This document shows positions 60,435 through 64,000 of a stretch of DNA of 64,000 nucleotides, piece by piece (position 1 is the stretch's first letter; the number at the start of each line of letters is the position of its first letter). The stretch lies in the NCBI GenBank assembly GCA_951406725.2, contig OX597819.1:94736001-94800000 (forward strand), read 5' to 3'. Source of the DNA: Octopus vulgaris. Lineage: Eukaryota. The notes under the pieces are model-generated. The model saw nothing but the letters and a program-made list of their open reading frames with translations, was not told the origin of the DNA and ran no database searches. The translations under genes and the position numbers were made by a program.

Positions 60435-62340
60435 GTATGTTTTAAGAATTGTTTCTTTGTGGCTCATTCCATCTCTTTAATATTAGAGATGAATACCAGT
60501 TGTGTGGCTCACTATATGCACTGCGTTTTAATGTTCATTCGGTTTCAGGTTCTCAATGTATCTACTTTTCCTTTCTATCCTTTACTTTATTGATGCTATA
60601 TATAATGAATGTTCAACTTCAGGATCCATTTAAATATGTTCTACATTCTAAATGCACAGATGTGACTGTTCATTTTGCAATCACATGATTTTAGTTTTGA
60701 TCTCACTGTATGTCACCTTAGATAAGTGCCTCGTATCATAACCTCAGGTTGACCAATATCTTGTGAGTGAAACTTTGTAGACAGAAAGCCCATTGTTTTT
60801 ATATATATATATATCATCATTTCACTTCTGCTTTTCACACTGGCATGAGTTGGGTGGCTTACCACAATCTGAATTAATTCTTATTTGGAGTTATTGCTCT
60901 CCTAGGCATGATCAGTGGATACATCTTGCTGGTATGTTTTCTTTTGGCATGGCTTCTCAGGTTGGAAGCACTTCCTAACACCTTTTTATAGAGTGTGCTG
61001 GGTGCATTTTATTGTGACACCCAGTAAACATGTGTTTGTTAGTTTCCACTTGGGTTTGATACCACTTAGTGATGTTTGTTTATGTATGTAACTCATAGAC
61101 AAACCCCTGCAACCTTCCGAGAAAGGTTTGAGCGACCTACAATCTCATTTCTTCCTGTTGCCTTGTGAATATGTAAAGAATCAATATTCTCATCTCCTTA
61201 GTCGTGCATATGTTGAATCCCTTATGCATCATGCATTGATTAATCTATTGCCTGGTTTAATGCCATCACATGGCCACCCTTGAGTGTCTTAAGCAGAGTT
61301 TACTCTTGCAAGCATTCAGAGCAGGTCTTTAGTTTAAGGATAACTTCCTCCCAGAAGTTTAGATAACCTTGGAAAAATGTAATGGTTCAACATTCTCTCA
61401 CTGATATAGCAGTAAAAAGAAAAATTGTTTTTGATTTATAGTTGCAGGCATAGCTGTGTGGTTAAGAAGCTTTCTTCCCAACCATATAGTTTCAGATTCT
61501 GTCCTACTGTCTGGCACTTTGGGCAAGTGTCCTCTACTCCAGCATCAGGCAAACCAAAGCCTTACCAGTGGACTTGCTAGGTGGAAACTGAAGAAGCCTG
61601 TTGTGTGTGTGTGTGTGTGTAATCATTATCTGTTAACGTCCATTTTCAATGCTCACATAGGTTGGACGGTTTGACAGGAGCTATCTAAGAGGCCTGCACC
61701 AGGTTTTAGATCTGTTTTGGCATGGTTATTACGGCTGTTTATTCGCACACATACACACACACACATATATCTAATATAATAAATGTGAAAACTAATTTCT
61801 GTGTGTCACATTTAGACCCCCCCCTCTCTCACTATTCAATGACAGTCCTACTATTCCTCATGATGGGGTGAGAGTAATAGTAGGCATAGAGACTGTGAGG
61901 GTGGTGGTGAAGACAGAGAGAAAGAGGGAGATTATGTATAACTTTGTTTAACCATGTCTCTTTGACAGAAATTCCTGTTGCCAACGTACTGAACACTATC
62001 ATTTTTGTTTTTATTTTGCACACAGACACATATATAAAATACACTTTAAATTGAAATAAAGTTTCCCCAAAATTAAACGTATCTAATATAATATATGTGA
62101 ATGTCAGTGTGTCATACTTTTTCAACTTTATCCTTTCTACTGGAAGCACAAAGCTTCAAATTTTGGGGGAAGGGATTAAGTCAATTACATCAACCCCAGT
62201 ATGTAGCTGGTACTAATTTTATTGACTCCGGAAGAATGAAAGGCAAAGTCAACCTCGGCTGAATTTGATCTCAAAACCTAAAGACAGACAAAATACTGCT
62301 AAGCATTTCGCTCGGTGTGCTAACAATTCTGCCAGCTTGT

Positions 62341-62925
62341 TAGGGTTGACAACATGTACACAGAAGAATTCAAAGTAGAGGTTGGGGTCCACCAGGGTTC
62401 AGTACTCAGCCCCCTCCTATTTATCATAGTCCTCCAGGCAATTACGGAGGAATTCAAGACAGGTTGCCCCTGGGAGCTCCTCTATGCTGACGACCTTGCT
62501 CTAATTGCTGAGTCATTATCAGAACTGGAGAAGTTCCAGGTGTGGAAGGAGGGTTTAGAATCGAGGGGCCTTAGAGTCAACCTAGCTAAAACCAAAGTAC
62601 TAATAAGTAGAAAGGTAGACAATCCACAAATGTCTTCAGGAAGATGGCCCTGCTCGATCTGTAGAAAAGGTGTAGGTAGAAACTCTATAAGATGTACCCA
62701 GTGTAAGCTATGGACACATAAGAGGTGCAGCAATGTCAAAGGAAGGCTATCTGGGAAGATAGTTTTTGTATGTGGCAGATGCTCGGGAGCATTAAACTCT
62801 GAAAATCTGCAGAAAACAACTTCCGTCACTTTCCAGGGGGAAAAACTAGAAGTAGTTGATAGCTTCGGTTATCTAGGTGACCAAGTCAGTAGTGGGGGTG
62901 GGTGCGTTGAAAGTGTAAGCTGCCC
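62341..62925 (+). mobile_element. Young RTE-clade LINE fragment (RT C-terminal half plus PHD-like finger)
   Basis: Open frame VGVHQGSVLSPLLF...LLYADD...CSICRKGVGRNSIRCTQCKLWTHKRC...CGRC...FGYLG. Confidence 0.9.
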
Positions 62926-62997
62926 AGTAGAGTGACTTTTAAGCTAGTATATGTCCAGCCCATGCCAGAATGGAATGTGGACAATGTGATGATGATG

Positions 62998-63030
<33 letters not shown>

Positions 63031-63524
63031 GTATGTATGTGTGAGTGTGTGTATGTTTGACTCCTTGTCTTGACATATGATTGTTGTAAATATGTGTTAC
63101 TGCTATGCAAGCAGTGTCATTCATTTTCAGTATTCTCTGAAAGAATATCTGGCTACAGGAAAGTATTACCTTGCTTTGAAACAAGTTAGGATTAGACAGG
63201 AAGGGCATCTTACTATAGAAAACCTGCTTCAATACTTTCCATCCGACCCTTGAAAGCAAAAAAGGGTATGTTACGCTGACGATGATTTGCTTGAGGATAT
63301 ATTTTGAAGATTTAACTTTATTACTAATGGTTGTAACAATTTTAACAACTTTTGAATATATTTTCAGTTGTGCTTTGTATCTGTTCATATGTTTGAGCTT
63401 TAATAATTGTTATTAATATATTAACCATCTTTTAACAACTTTAGTAGGCTTTGTATATTTATTTTAACTAGATCATTACTCTCACACCTGGGATGGTGTT
63501 ACCACCATATAAGCAAACATTATT

Positions 63525-63715
63525 GACCATCATCATCATCATTATTTAACGTCTGCTTTCCATGCTGGCGTAGGTTGGACGATTTGACTGAGGACTGGTG
63601 AACCAGATGGCTACACCAGGCTCCAATCTGATCTGGCAGAGTTTTTATAGCTGAATGCCTTTCCTAACGCCAACCACTCTGAGAGTGTAGTGGGTGCTTT
63701 TATGTGCCACCGGCA
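63525..63715 (-). mobile_element. SINE family C 3' part
   Basis: (CAT)n tail plus the family C body. Confidence 0.8.
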
Positions 63716-64000
63716 ACTGATTGACATGTTGTCATTTACCAATACACTTCAACCATTGTCTCACAAATTTACTTGTCTCTTCATTCTTCTTATTCCTGCT
63801 ACAGTGGTCTCTGTTTCTTGGAGATGGTTTGTCTTGTGTCACCTTTGCCCAGGCTCATCCAATTCACTTGTTTCTCCTCTCATCACCCATATTATGTCTA
63901 CTTACCCACCTACATTAATTGCTACATTTATCCTTCCTTCATAAGATCATCGTCATATGTTTTCCCCGCAGTCATTGATTTGTAGATGACTGCATTGTAG

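Overview
This is AT-rich, repeat-saturated eukaryotic DNA. The SINE families, the (TA)n load and the RTE/Tx1/Penelope content look like an octopus (coleoid cephalopod) genome; that assignment is inferred from recall and not verified. There are no CRISPR, rRNA or prokaryotic operons. Host genes: (i) an isolated first coding exon of a vanin/pantetheinase-biotinidase family gene (- strand, 12474-12674); (ii) a complete 8-coding-exon RNF32 (+ strand, 34459-47934, about 367 aa, one GC-AG intron); (iii) the 5' part of TBRG4/FASTKD4 (+ strand, large coding exon 59018-60434). The rest is mostly transposable elements: two head-to-tail Tx1 LINEs, RTE and R4/Dong fragments, Penelope-like pieces, and mariner/Tc1, pogo, piggyBac, Chapaev3, Helitron, LTR and SINE remnants. 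Three signals stand out. (1) A set of minimal hammerhead-ribozyme motifs sits in fold-back, Penelope-type insertions, with all three compensatory versions of the core 3-8 pair (CUGAUGA, UUGAAAA, GUGAACA). (2) A tRNA-type SINE has a 3' tail matching the 3' ends of both Tx1 LINEs, a candidate Tx1-SINE partnership. (3) A GGATC-ended long-TIR transposon family with 8-bp TSDs carries Helitron-helicase and (TTAGGG)n cargo and sits next to gene 5' ends. All alignments and folds were done by eye.
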